61,353 nucleotides of DNA from Bdellovibrionota bacterium (GCA_044345055.1 JBIJBT010000003.1:1-61353); one strand, 5' to 3'; counted from the first letter of the stretch, positions 8,654 to 18,197 are shown. The notes: a model not told the origin generated them from the sequence alone. A program made the numbers and translations.

Positions 8654-9817
8654 TTAGAAGAGACTAATCTGATTTGACAACCTAACAAACATCTCCTCAA
8701 CGAGCTGAATTCGATTGAAAAGACTTGGGATCGACATCCATTCACGCTCTGAGTGATCGTCACCTCCGATAGGACCAAGACCATCGATCACCGTGGCCCC
8801 CGCGTCGGCCCAAAGATTAGCATTTGAGCTACCGCCGCGAGTTTGGAAACCAACGGTAAAACCTAACTCTTCGCCAACGCGTTGACACAGCTGAGCAAGA
8901 GATAATGATTTTTCAGTCACTGGCATCGCAGGTGACGCGGATTCTTGCCAGGTCAACTTTGTCGTGGTTCCCGGAATGTGAGGATTTTCTGCTATATCCG
9001 AGAACAACTTGGCAAGTCTTCCGAACAAAGGGGCGGATGTAAATCGAATGTTGATGAGACATGATGCGGCATCAGCAATTACATTATGGGCAATGCCTCC
9101 TTTGACCAGACCAACTGAGAAAAGGATTCCCTCCTCTTGCATCTCGTAAGCAGCCTCCCGCAACGCGCATACTTTGTATGCAAGCTCCTCAATTGCGTTA
9201 CGACGAATTCCTTTGACGTTACCCGCGTGTCCTGCGACACCAAAAACTCTGAGGTCGGCAACCTGAATACCGGACCGACCTATAACCACTTCTCCCTCTT
9301 GTCCCGCCTCCTCAAAGACGAGCACAACGTCTGATTGTGGCGCGAGCTCTCGGATAAGGCTTCGCGATGATGGGCTTCCTACCTCCTCATCTGCTACCAG
9401 CAATACCCGAACACTGAGTTGGTCGAGCATTCCGGAGCGGTATAATCGGCGCAGAGCACCGATCATGCATACATTACCCCCCTTCATATCGATGACTCCT
9501 TGACCAAGACAACGATCACCATCGATTCGAAAAGAGGGCTCTGAATCTGGCGGGAATACGGTATCCATGTGGCCGTCAAGCGTCACTGAGGGACGATTAC
9601 TCCGCAGTCTTTCTGCAACTAGATGAGGACCAAAACCCTCCGCTTCAATGAGCCGAGTCGTAAAACCCATTGCCTCAAGCTCACGAGAAGCGATGGACTG
9701 AACCTTGCGGATACCTTCAGGGTTCGAGGTACCACTTTGAATGGATACAATCTCTCCCAGAAGTTCAAGAAGTGAAAGGTCTGGGGAATAAGGGGAGGGT
9801 AGCGAAGTAGAGTCCAT
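8654..9817 (-). CDS. M20/M25/M40 family metallopeptidase (carboxypeptidase G2-like)
   Basis: GHMDTVFP, GQGVIDMKGG, DEEVGS, VFEEA, GVAGHAG, DGLGPIGGDDHSERE. Confidence 0.88.
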   Translation of the reverse strand: MDSTSLPSPYSPDLSLLELLGEIVSIQSGTSNPEGIRKVQSIASRELEAMGFTTRLIEAEGFGPHLVAERLRSNRPSVTLDGHMDTVFPPDSEPSFRIDGDRCLGQGVIDMKGGNVCMIGALRRLYRSGMLDQLSVRVLLVADEEVGSPSSRSLIRELAPQSDVVLVFEEAGQEGEVVIGRSGIQVADLRVFGVAGHAGNVKGIRRNAIEELAYKVCALREAAYEMQEEGILFSVGLVKGGIAHNVIADAASCLINIRFTSAPLFGRLAKLFSDIAENPHIPGTTTKLTWQESASPAMPVTEKSLSLAQLCQRVGEELGFTVGFQTRGGSSNANLWADAGATVIDGLGPIGGDDHSEREWMSIPSLFNRIQLVEEMFVRLSNQISLF

Positions 9818-9898
9818 AATGAGATTGATTCAGAGTGTTCTAACCTCTCACGGCTGAGTATTTTCACCGCCCTGCTGATGTATTCAGTTTGAGACGTT

Positions 9899-10123
9899 TC
9901 AATTTTTTGCATCGCTCTCATCCTCTTGGCTTTGCGGCGATTGCCATAGGCTGAAGAGAGTGCCGCACGCAACCAAAACGGTATGAAATACCGATATGAT
10001 ACATCCCCAATAATTTGAAAATTCAACGGCAGCTGCCACAAGACGAAGGACAATGATTGCCACAACTAAGGTGGTGATAAAGAGGAGGCGGCGGTTAGCA
10101 GGTAGGGACAGCGATTGAAGCAC
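9899..10123 (-). CDS. Small hypothetical membrane protein with two hydrophobic segments
   Basis: GTG start preceded by GGGAG; two TM-like stretches; acidic tail. Confidence 0.45.
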   Translation of the reverse strand: MLQSLSLPANRRLLFITTLVVAIIVLRLVAAAVEFSNYWGCIISVFHTVLVACGTLFSLWQSPQSQEDESDAKN

Positions 10124-10461
10124 AAGGGCTCCCGTAGAAGTAATTTTTTGTACCTAACGATATATCTCGGATGGTGTAAAAATGCAGTATAGGTACCGCC
10201 GTACAATCTTGGCGAAAAACCACTTCAAAGTAAACCTCAACCCTCTTGGTCGTTAAAGAGCGCTTATAAATACCTCATGGCGGCTCCACTCTAAATCGCT
10301 CTCTCATACCTTTTTTGCTGTGAGGGGAAGCTGTAGAAACTTTTCTCAGCTTGACGGTTTTTCCCTCACAGCATTAGGCGATCCAGATTGTTGGCGCGGA
10401 GTGCCATCGAATCTTTTGTCAAGCTTAGGATATTAAATCCCGCTTTATTACCTGCACACAA

Positions 10462-10788
10462 TCAGCGAAGAAGTGCCAATCTATCCTGTAGACCGTTGGG
10501 GTCTCCCTCGTAGTTTCGAAGAAAATCTTGAAGCGCGAGAGGATCAAGATCTAGATGAGTGGCGACCCAAGAGAAGCTGAAAGGTTGCTTGGGCATCAAC
10601 TTGCCGAATAACCACTGACGCGCGCTGCGAATTATATGTCGCTCACAGTGAGCGGTTCCGAAAGCGTCACAAATTGCCCGAGAGAGTACGGCTGCAAGCA
10701 GATTTCTCTCTGATTTAACGGGGCAATGAGATTCGTAATCGTCATCTCGCTCTGAGGTGAACTTTCCTACGGCTGGTGAATTGCTCAT
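10462..10788 (-). CDS. Conserved-looking hypothetical protein
   Basis: ERNLLAAVL.RAI.D...AR.W.F......FSF.WV...L.LDP..L pattern resembles a small uncharacterised family I recall from deltaproteobacteria-like genomes. Purine-rich RBS. Confidence 0.7.
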   Translation of the reverse strand: MSNSPAVGKFTSERDDDYESHCPVKSERNLLAAVLSRAICDAFGTAHCERHIIRSARQWLFGKLMPKQPFSFSWVATHLDLDPLALQDFLRNYEGDPNGLQDRLALLR

Positions 10789-11660
10789 ATGCTGCTTCCC
10801 TGTTCTAATTTATCCCACACTCGTGTTTACCTGCAGATGCAGGATAAACCCCTCTGTGGGCGGGTTTGGGCTGAAAACAACATCCAATGACATCCAGTGA
10901 AACTTGCGAACAACACTTAGCGCACTGCGCTGTTGTAAACCAGAAATCAGAATGTCAACGACGATTACAAGAGAATAGGTTCTAACTGTTCGTTCCTTAC
11001 CTATTCTTGCATTCTTCGTTTTTACCGCGTGAAGAAGTACCTATAAACCGAATTGTCATAACCAACCTGAAAAACCAACCAGGCAATGACTACAGACTTA
11101 CTTTTAGTTATTTAAAGTAAAGTAGTCAAGCAGCGTAAGAGGTCAAAAGTAACTGAAATATGTAATTTTTTTGTACCAGAAAATTTTCTGAATACTCATC
11201 CATCGTTACTGCATCAACCCCAGCTGATAGCCGCACCATAGCATAAGATGAGTGTCAAGCAATAAAGTTTCGCTGTCTTTTCGGCAATTTCAGAAGATTT
11301 TCGATTCTATGTGTTCTGGCTTTTCAAAAACTGTTCTAGTTGCATTTCGGAGAATCCAGATCGCTATTTCAAGAAAGGTTTTTGAGGCTGCGAAATAAGG
11401 CGACTACAGATGCAAAGAGGCGGCTCATCCAAATTCGACTCGGTACTACTTTCAATCAATAGAGGGAAGAATTGATCATTACCTAGATCGAGGAATTTCT
11501 CTCGTTCATTTATTGGTCGTCCGATGATCGATTTCACTTTTCTAATCAGTTGGCCCTCTAAATGACGCATGGTATCGTCGTTTCTAAATCGCTTCTTTTC
11601 GAGAACTTTGGATCTACGCATTGATCTGTTTATTTTAAATTTCTAACAAAGGATTTCGAT

Positions 11661-12665
11661 ATGTTTCAGGCCTACGCTGCGACTGATCCAATGGGACGTC
11701 TTGTTCCTTTTTCGTACGATCCCGGTCCTCTGAAAGATGATGAAGTGCAGATTCGGATCGAGTTCTGCGGCATTTGTCACAGTGATCTGAGTATGCTCAA
11801 CAACGACTGGGGCTCGACCTCATATCCATTTGTTCCCGGTCACGAAGTGGTGGGTATTATCGAAGATAAAGGTCCACTTGTTCCGGACCTTGCTCTCGGT
11901 CAGCGAGTCGGAGTTGGATGGTTTTCGCGATCATGCCTTACCTGTGAATCATGCCTTGGCGGGCATCAAAATCTCTGCGCTCGCTCTGAAGGAATAATCG
12001 TTGGCCGCCATGGAGGATTCGCCGATCGAGTCCGTTGTCACTTCAGTTGGGCGACACCTGTACCCGATTCAATACCACCTGAAACGGTAGGTCCCCTTTT
12101 TTGCGGAGGTCTGACCGTTTTCGGACCAATTCTCGATAATGTTAGGCCGGTGGATAGAGTTGGTGTTATTGGAATTGGAGGACTCGGTCACCTCGCCGTT
12201 AAATTTCTTCGAGCATGGGGTTGCGAGGTGACCGCATTCTCGTCGAGCACTGACAAAACGGCAGAGGCTATGGCGATGGGAGCTCATCGAGTAGTCGGAT
12301 CTTTCGATGCTAAAAAGCTCACCGAACTGAAGGGATACTTTAACTTCATCATATCAACGGTGAACGTACCACTTGATTGGACTGCCTACATCAACGCTCT
12401 TGGACCTAACGGGAAACTTCATTTTGTCGGAGCAGTCCTAGAACCGTTGTCATTCGGTGTTTTCTCGCTGCTTGGCGCGAATAAGTCGATAAGCGCAAGC
12501 CCGCTTGGCTCAATTCGACAAATGCGCTATCTCCTTGAGTTTGTTGCTCGCCACGAACTCTTCCCGACTGTGGAGGTCCACAAGCTTCAGGACGTCAACG
12601 TAGCTCTAAATGAGCTTAAAGAGGGGAAGGTTCGGTATCGGAAGGTGCTCGATTGTCGGGAATAG
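11661..12665 (+). CDS. NAD(P)-dependent zinc alcohol dehydrogenase / aldehyde reductase (Ahr/YjgB-like)
   Basis: CGICHSD, GHEVVG, structural Zn CxxCxxC...C, PLFCGGLTVF, GIGGLGHLA. Confidence 0.92.
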   Translation: MFQAYAATDPMGRLVPFSYDPGPLKDDEVQIRIEFCGICHSDLSMLNNDWGSTSYPFVPGHEVVGIIEDKGPLVPDLALGQRVGVGWFSRSCLTCESCLGGHQNLCARSEGIIVGRHGGFADRVRCHFSWATPVPDSIPPETVGPLFCGGLTVFGPILDNVRPVDRVGVIGIGGLGHLAVKFLRAWGCEVTAFSSSTDKTAEAMAMGAHRVVGSFDAKKLTELKGYFNFIISTVNVPLDWTAYINALGPNGKLHFVGAVLEPLSFGVFSLLGANKSISASPLGSIRQMRYLLEFVARHELFPTVEVHKLQDVNVALNELKEGKVRYRKVLDCRE

Positions 12666-12732
12666 GGCGAAGGTTTATCGCTGTGTGCACTGGGGCGAGA
12701 AGGGGCGCAGAGAATTCTTTACGCCGTAACAA

Positions 12733-12753
12733 AAAAACTAGTAGTTTTTGACA
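12733..12753 (+). promoter_or_regulatory. Palindrome AAAAACTA-G-TAGTTTTT overlapping a TTGACA -35 box upstream of the transposase
   Basis: 8-1-8 palindrome at 12733-12749; TTGACA at 12748-12753. Confidence 0.4.
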
Positions 12754-12819
12754 ACATTTTCTCCTTCGTGTCGATCACAGAGAGAAACTTTTTTTTTTCT
12801 CTCTTGGAGGACGACACCA

Positions 12820-13746
12820 ATGGGCTGCCACCCGCGTATAGAAACAAACGAACACTCAGACTTTATCACCAGTCGAACCAGAGATTCTCGCCTCTGGTTC
12901 GTCAACAACGAATCGCTCGAGCACCGGATTCTTGGACTAACCGCAAAATACGCCACTCGTCGCATGATTACCCTCTACGGCTTTGCGATCGAGGGGAATC
13001 ATCTGCATATCGTTGCGCACAACAATAAGAAAAATCGAGCTCACTTTTTGCGGGACCTGAAATCAACAATAGCCCGAGCCGTTCCTCAACACACACCCTC
13101 ATATTCGGGCGGTGGAGTCTGGGGAAGGAGATACTCAAACGAGTTTCTTGGCGATCACTCCGATATCGAAAACTACTTCTTTTACACCGTCCTTCAGCCA
13201 GTAAAAGATGGTCTTGTTGAAAAAATATCCGACTACCCGGGCTACAACTGCTTCCACGACGCAGTGTGGGGAATAAAGCGAAAATTTAAGGTAATGAACT
13301 GGACCGCCTACTACAAAGCTACTCGGTGGGGTCAAAAGGTAAACAAGAAAGACTTCCTCGAGGAGTTCACCCTCGAATACGCAAGACTCCCCGGCTATGA
13401 ACATCTCTCCCAAAGAGAGTACGCCCTATTGATGACTCGTCGCCTAGAAGAGCGTCGTCAAGAGATTCTCAAAGCCAGAGACGCTGAAGGAAAGAAATTT
13501 CTCGGCCCAACCGCTCTCAAACGAGTTGAGCCGGGCTCGCTCCCAAAATCCACAAAAACCTCAACCCTAACCACCCATCGCCCCCGCGTCCTATCGAAGT
13601 GCGACGTTCGTCGCGCTGAAATGAATGATTGGTATTACGATATCTACTTCCGCTTCAAAGTCGCCTCTGAGGAATATCGAAGTGGCAATCTCTCTGTCGA
13701 GTTCCCCGAGGGCACTTATCGTCCCTACGTCGGACCAGTGACCTGA
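12820..13746 (+). mobile_element. HUH (Y1) transposase, REP-associated tyrosine transposase (RAYT)/IS200-like
   Basis: FITSRT, FAIEGNHLHIV (HUH), VWGRRY, YTVLQPVKDGLV (catalytic Tyr region), C-terminal VEFPEGTY. ATG 12820 follows GGAGG (the ORF track starts at 12748). Confidence 0.82.
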
Positions 13747-13961
13747 GGCGCCTTTTCGGTAATCGGTTTCCTTAAAATCCCCCCCCACCCGCGACTTTCA
13801 GCCGCATTCGCAGAGCTACGACTAAAAAGCAATTTTCGCGAGAAAAAAGAGGGAGAAATCAGTATTCCCACCCCGAGAATGCACCGTTTCCACCCCGATC
13901 TCCGACCATTTTTAGCTAAAAACTCCCGAAACCCACCCCCAGCAGCTGTGCTTGTTTGGTG

Positions 13962-14783
13962 GAACCTCTATAAGTCTGAGAAAAGGAGGCTCTTCGGTCC
14001 GCTGAATAGTTACAGTTCCTGTTATAAGCAGCTGCCTTGAAGCTCCTCTGTAATTCAAAACAGCGTAAAAAATCTTAACAGAAAACCATCCTTCGTTCGA
14101 AAAAAAACTAGCATATCACTTAGTCGGGTGGGTGATATGGTTAGGCTGAGAGACTGCAGAGGAATCTGTCCGTTATTGCTGGTGTATTGCACTTTTTGGA
14201 GGATAGTATGAAACCATATCCATCAGAATTCTCCACCCGTTTTCACTCACGAGATGAGCTTGACGTCGCTATTGCTCATCTACAAGCGGCTGGTTTTCCA
14301 CCAGAAGCTCTTCATCAATCGATCCTTGAGCATACTGCCGATAGTTTGCCATTCTCCGGAGCAGGTCTCACGCACGGAGCAGTACTTGGTTGCCTTATTG
14401 GGATGATACTCGGCTGGGTGAGTTGCTCATCGATCATCGGCATGAAACTACTTGAATCAGGCTCCGGAGAGGTTCACAGCTCTGCTGTGCTCCCGACGAT
14501 TGAATGCATCACCATCGGAGGTATGGAGGGAATGATAGTCGGGTTGTTAATCTCGGCCGCCTTAGGAACGGGACCAGATCACCGGAAACCTGGTGAACGT
14601 AACGCAGTTATCTACCGTTTGCTCATAAAGTGCAGAGATAAGAAAGATAAGGCTCGTGCCAAAGCAATTATTATTGCTAATTGCCATCGAAAGAACATGC
14701 AGCAGCATACGCCGACACATACGGTAAGCGACGCTACTTAAATGATGGGAGGCATGCCGTGAACCTCCATAAGTCTGAGAAAA
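13962..14783 (+). repeat. 23-bp direct repeat pair GAACCTCYATAAGTCTGAGAAAA at 13962-13984 and 14761-14783
   Basis: One mismatch in 23 nt. Both copies are intergenic and bracket the 14208-14741 gene. Confidence 0.8.
14208..14741 (+). CDS. Hypothetical membrane protein with Gly-zipper-like hydrophobic segments (general-stress-protein-like)
   Basis: F.SR.E...AI..L..AGF N-terminus; GAVLGCLIG and GGMEGMIVGLL segments; ATG 14208 follows GGAGGA. Confidence 0.6.
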   Translation: MKPYPSEFSTRFHSRDELDVAIAHLQAAGFPPEALHQSILEHTADSLPFSGAGLTHGAVLGCLIGMILGWVSCSSIIGMKLLESGSGEVHSSAVLPTIECITIGGMEGMIVGLLISAALGTGPDHRKPGERNAVIYRLLIKCRDKKDKARAKAIIIANCHRKNMQQHTPTHTVSDAT

Positions 14784-15014
14784 AGAGAGGACGGTAATGC
14801 GTTTTTGCTCATGAGCACACCTTAACTTTGAGGCAATTCAGCTATATCTCTTCCGGTTTTTAGCCAACTTGAGCCTCAATGCAACTTATCTGATCAGAAT
14901 CGAAGAAAGGAAAGGATCGGTGCAAGCGTCAGGCCGCTTTGTATGTTGGAGAGTGGCGTGAGGGCTGCTTTGGAGGAGGACTCTGCCACTCCATCTCTTT
15001 AGCTTGGGGCTCTT

Positions 15015-15094
15015 AAAACCGCAGTGTATTGAAGGTAAACGAGGTGTCTTTGAAGTAAACGAGGTGTCTTTGAAGTAAACGCGGTGTCTTGAAA
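15015..15094. repeat. 20-bp tandem repeat, about 4 copies (GTAAACGAGGTGTCTTTGAA), abutting the tRNA-Pro 3' end
   Basis: Exact copies at 15035-15054 and 15055-15074, a variant at 15075-15094 and a degenerate copy at 15015-15034. No spacers. Confidence 0.9.
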
Positions 15095-15100
15095 GTAACA

Positions 15101-15174
15101 TCGGGCCGAGAGGATTTGAACCTCCGACCTCTCCCACCCCAAGGGAACGCGCTACCAGTCTGCGCCACGGCCCG
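15101..15174 (-). tRNA. tRNA-Pro(GGG)
   Basis: CGGGCCG acceptor stem, TGGCGCAGACTGGTAGCGC D arm, anticodon loop TT-GGG-GT, GGTTCAAATCC T arm. CCA not encoded. Confidence 0.95.
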
Positions 15175-15326
15175 ATTGCAGCGATGGTACTTGCTTGAGG
15201 GGATATTGTAAACAGTCCTGCAGGGGGCGACAGTCGCGGGGCGGGGTTGTGGGAATGACGTAGGAAAAACGCTATTGGGGGCCTGTACAATGGCTCGGTC
15301 CTAGCTTAGAGTAGGGAGCGTTGTGA

Positions 15327-15399
15327 GGGCCCATAGCTCAGCTGGGAGAGCGCCACACTGGCAGTGTGGAGGTCAGCGGTTCGATCCCGCTTGGGTCCA
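15327..15399 (+). tRNA. tRNA-Ala(GGC)
   Basis: GGGCCCA/TGGGTCC acceptor stem with G3:U70, CCACA-CT-GGC-AG-TGTGG anticodon arm, GGTTCGATCCC. CCA not encoded. Confidence 0.96.
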
Positions 15400-15413
15400 T
15401 TCGATTCGCTTTT

Positions 15414-15434
15414 CTCGCTCATAGCGAGCCTTTT
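15414..15434 (+). terminator. Possible intrinsic terminator after tRNA-Ala
   Basis: CTCGCT-CAT-AGCGAG stem followed by CCTTTT. Confidence 0.45.
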
Positions 15435-15559
15435 CGATTTCTGGGCGAGTCAAATGTTCTGAGCAACTAACGAGATTCGCGGGAACCGTTACCAAATCAA
15501 CAACTGCCGAATCAACGACTGGCGAATAAACAACTGCCGATAAGTTCTCTAAAGTTAGA

Positions 15560-16372
15560 CTATTCGCCCACCGCTTCTTTTGCACCCCACATTGATTCTT
15601 CCGGTGCAAAAACTATATCAGTAATCATCCGAGCTGAATCGTTGATAAAGCTTTTATGTTCCTCGGCTAAATCCATGATCTGCCGTCCTAGCTTGTGACG
15701 GGCACCATCAATTGCATCGGAAATCATCGTCGCTACCTGATGGGGAACATCAGAGACAACAAATGAGGTCGTTCGCTGAACGATGCGTGCCGACAGATTG
15801 GCAAATGCGCGAGCCTCATTTTGTGCTGTCTTGATGACGTTTTTAGAGTATTGCTCGGCCTGTGAGGATAGTTGGAGAGCTGGTTCAATTACATGAGTAG
15901 TAAATTGATCGCGAGTGAGATGAGGTGATGCGGATATCGCTCGCATGATTACATCTCCTGCTTCCACTATTGGTCGAACAAGAGAATCAGCGGCCCATTC
16001 ATTGAAATTAAACAAAATATTCTCCGCATCTTTTTGTAAAAACAACATGGCAACAGAGATGGTGAGAGAATCGTTTAGAGTTTGTCGGGCAAACGAATCT
16101 TCGGGTAACGTCGCTAGAATACGTGCATAGATTGTAGCGTAGCCTAGTTCGGGAGAATCGCTTTTAGCGAGCAATCGAGAAAAGGCATGAATTGTCTCTC
16201 GGAGAGATTCATTTAAATAGCTCGATGCCTCTGCATCTGCTGGTTGACTATTGGCGAATTTGCCGGAATTTCTCCACGAATAGGAGAGTCGATCAAGCTC
16301 CTGATTCCAAGCAACTGCTGGTGGTGGAGTTGAAAGAAAAGAAGAATAAGAGAGGTTGCTGACCTGAGTCAT
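15560..16372 (-). CDS. Hypothetical protein, helical, with Ser/Thr/Pro-rich N-terminus
   Basis: 270-aa ORF filling the gap; no recognisable motif. Confidence 0.6.
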   Translation of the reverse strand: MTQVSNLSYSSFLSTPPPAVAWNQELDRLSYSWRNSGKFANSQPADAEASSYLNESLRETIHAFSRLLAKSDSPELGYATIYARILATLPEDSFARQTLNDSLTISVAMLFLQKDAENILFNFNEWAADSLVRPIVEAGDVIMRAISASPHLTRDQFTTHVIEPALQLSSQAEQYSKNVIKTAQNEARAFANLSARIVQRTTSFVVSDVPHQVATMISDAIDGARHKLGRQIMDLAEEHKSFINDSARMITDIVFAPEESMWGAKEAVGE

Positions 16373-16891
16373 AAATATTCCACGAGAGGAAAGGCTTTGT
16401 TACAAAAAGTAATAACGGTAAAGCCGTATAAATATCGATTACAACTCTATTGTCATAATAACCACCAGTTCACAGCTTTCCAGTGGTGCATCAAATCAAT
16501 CGTTAAGTGATAGTTTGATAGAGGAAATTTTACTCGCCTTATGTAGCATCGCACTATAATTAATCTTATTACGCCTAGAATTGTTTTAACCTAACTAAAG
16601 TAAAAATTGCTAGGTTCCTTTAAGTGAGAAAAAGTTCTAGTGCTAATAAGCTGGACGATCTCTAAATAAATGCAATAAACACAATGGATTATAGCCTCTC
16701 AACTCACTATTTACATTTTATCTGCTTTCCAGATGCATTTTTATAAGAGTCAAGCGTTTTAGGAAAAAATTTAACAAACAGTATCTTAAATGCGAGCTTG
16801 AGAGACAAAGTTGTTACAAAAGAGTTCGATTGAAGGTGGTTATCGATTGAGATAGGCTAATCGTAAGGTTAGAAAAAACGGAGGATTAATT

Positions 16892-17698
16892 ATGAAGCAG
16901 CGCGTATATAGAAATCTGATTGGGAGGGCTTTGCTCTGCTCCATCCTCTTAATTGCCATTCCTGGTGCCAATGCTGAGGAGTCCGCCGACGTTGGTATGG
17001 ACGAGTTGGCTGATGACGAGGTTCCAACTCTCGAGGTTGATGACCCGATCGAATCGGTGAATCGTGGTGTGTTTTGGTTTAACGATACTTTAGATGTTTA
17101 CTTTTTAGAGCCGATCGCTCGTGGATACGATTACGTAGTACCTGACCGAGCTCAGGAGAGTGTAGGTAATTTTTTTGATACTCTTCGCTATCCGATATAT
17201 CTGTTTAGTGATCTTGTATCGGCCGATTTTGATAGAGCTTGGGAGGACTCAGCTCGCTTTGGAATAAATGCCACGATAGGTTGCCTTGGGCTTTTTGATG
17301 TTGCAGAGGACTTTGGGTTTGAGCGCCAAGCAACCGATGCGGGGGTTGCGTTTGGTCGATTAGGTATATCCGAGGGGCCGTACATCGTCCTTCCGGTGTT
17401 AGGTCCATCGAACGCGCGAGATGCTATTGGAGAGATTTTTAATTTTGCGCTCGACCCTTTCGCGGCAGTGCAGTTTACTCAGATAGCGAGCAATACCCAA
17501 ACGGCGATATCAACTGGAGTGGGAGTTGGACGGACGATTAATAGAAGGTCGCAGATGCTTTCGAATGTAAAGTCGGCAAAGGAAGCTTCGCTCGATTATT
17601 ATCTTTTCGTCCAGTCGGCGTATGCACAATATCGGCGTGGCCTTATTCGGGGTGAGACGAGTGAGGATCGAGCACTATTTGATACGCGAGTTGAATAA
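16892..17698 (+). CDS. mlaA: MlaA/VacJ family phospholipid-asymmetry outer-membrane protein
   Basis: DPIESVNRGVFWFND, RFGINATIGCLGLFDVA, GPYIVLPVLGPSNARD, DYYLFVQSAY.Q.R. Confidence 0.92.
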   Translation: MKQRVYRNLIGRALLCSILLIAIPGANAEESADVGMDELADDEVPTLEVDDPIESVNRGVFWFNDTLDVYFLEPIARGYDYVVPDRAQESVGNFFDTLRYPIYLFSDLVSADFDRAWEDSARFGINATIGCLGLFDVAEDFGFERQATDAGVAFGRLGISEGPYIVLPVLGPSNARDAIGEIFNFALDPFAAVQFTQIASNTQTAISTGVGVGRTINRRSQMLSNVKSAKEASLDYYLFVQSAYAQYRRGLIRGETSEDRALFDTRVE

Positions 17699-17759
17699 GT
17701 TTTTTTTATCCAATCCACTCTGTGATATTTACTCTGTAAGATAAACAAGGAGAGAGCTA

Positions 17760-18179
17760 ATGGTGACTTTTCGTGGATGGTATCGGGGAGCTAAGCGTTG
17801 CGAAGTTGAGCACATTGACTCAACGAGTAGATTGATGACGGCTGCACCGAAAGATAACAATGGAGATGGATCAACATTTTCGCCGACTGATCTATGCACT
17901 ACTTCTCTGGTCACCTGCATGATGACTGTGATGGGTATCGTCGCAGATAGAAACGGACTTGATTTGACAGGGAGCTGGTATTCATTTGAAAAAACGATGT
18001 CGGCTGATTCACCACGACGGATAGCGGTAATAGCGGCCGATTTCCACCTTCCTGCTCACCTTCTTTCTGATCAACGTCAGCTGTTGGAGGGGGCCGCTCT
18101 TAATTGTCCGGTATATCACTCACTACATAGCGATATAGAGAAGAAAATATCATTTAGTTACGATGTCGCGGGTGTATAG
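17760..18179 (+). CDS. OsmC family protein
   Basis: APKDNNGDGSTFSPTDL...SL..CM and NCPVYHSL two-Cys motifs. Confidence 0.9.
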   Translation: MVTFRGWYRGAKRCEVEHIDSTSRLMTAAPKDNNGDGSTFSPTDLCTTSLVTCMMTVMGIVADRNGLDLTGSWYSFEKTMSADSPRRIAVIAADFHLPAHLLSDQRQLLEGAALNCPVYHSLHSDIEKKISFSYDVAGV

Positions 18180-18197
18180 TCTCGTTCACACATCCAA

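Noticed and set aside
11364-11621. 85-aa minus-strand ORF
   Set aside because: No clear RBS and no recognisable motif; left unannotated although it cannot be excluded.
15015-15094. Possible CRISPR array
   Set aside because: The 20-bp units are contiguous with no unique spacers and no cas operon is adjacent; this is a tandem repeat.
4600-15174. Integrated plasmid, ICE or prophage bounded by tRNA-Pro
   Set aside because: No integrase, relaxase, T4SS or phage structural genes, and I found no duplicated tRNA 3' end. parAB is contiguous with folC. An att site outside the window cannot be excluded.
14886-15290. 134-aa minus-strand ORF
   Set aside because: It runs through tRNA-Pro and the tandem repeat; spurious.
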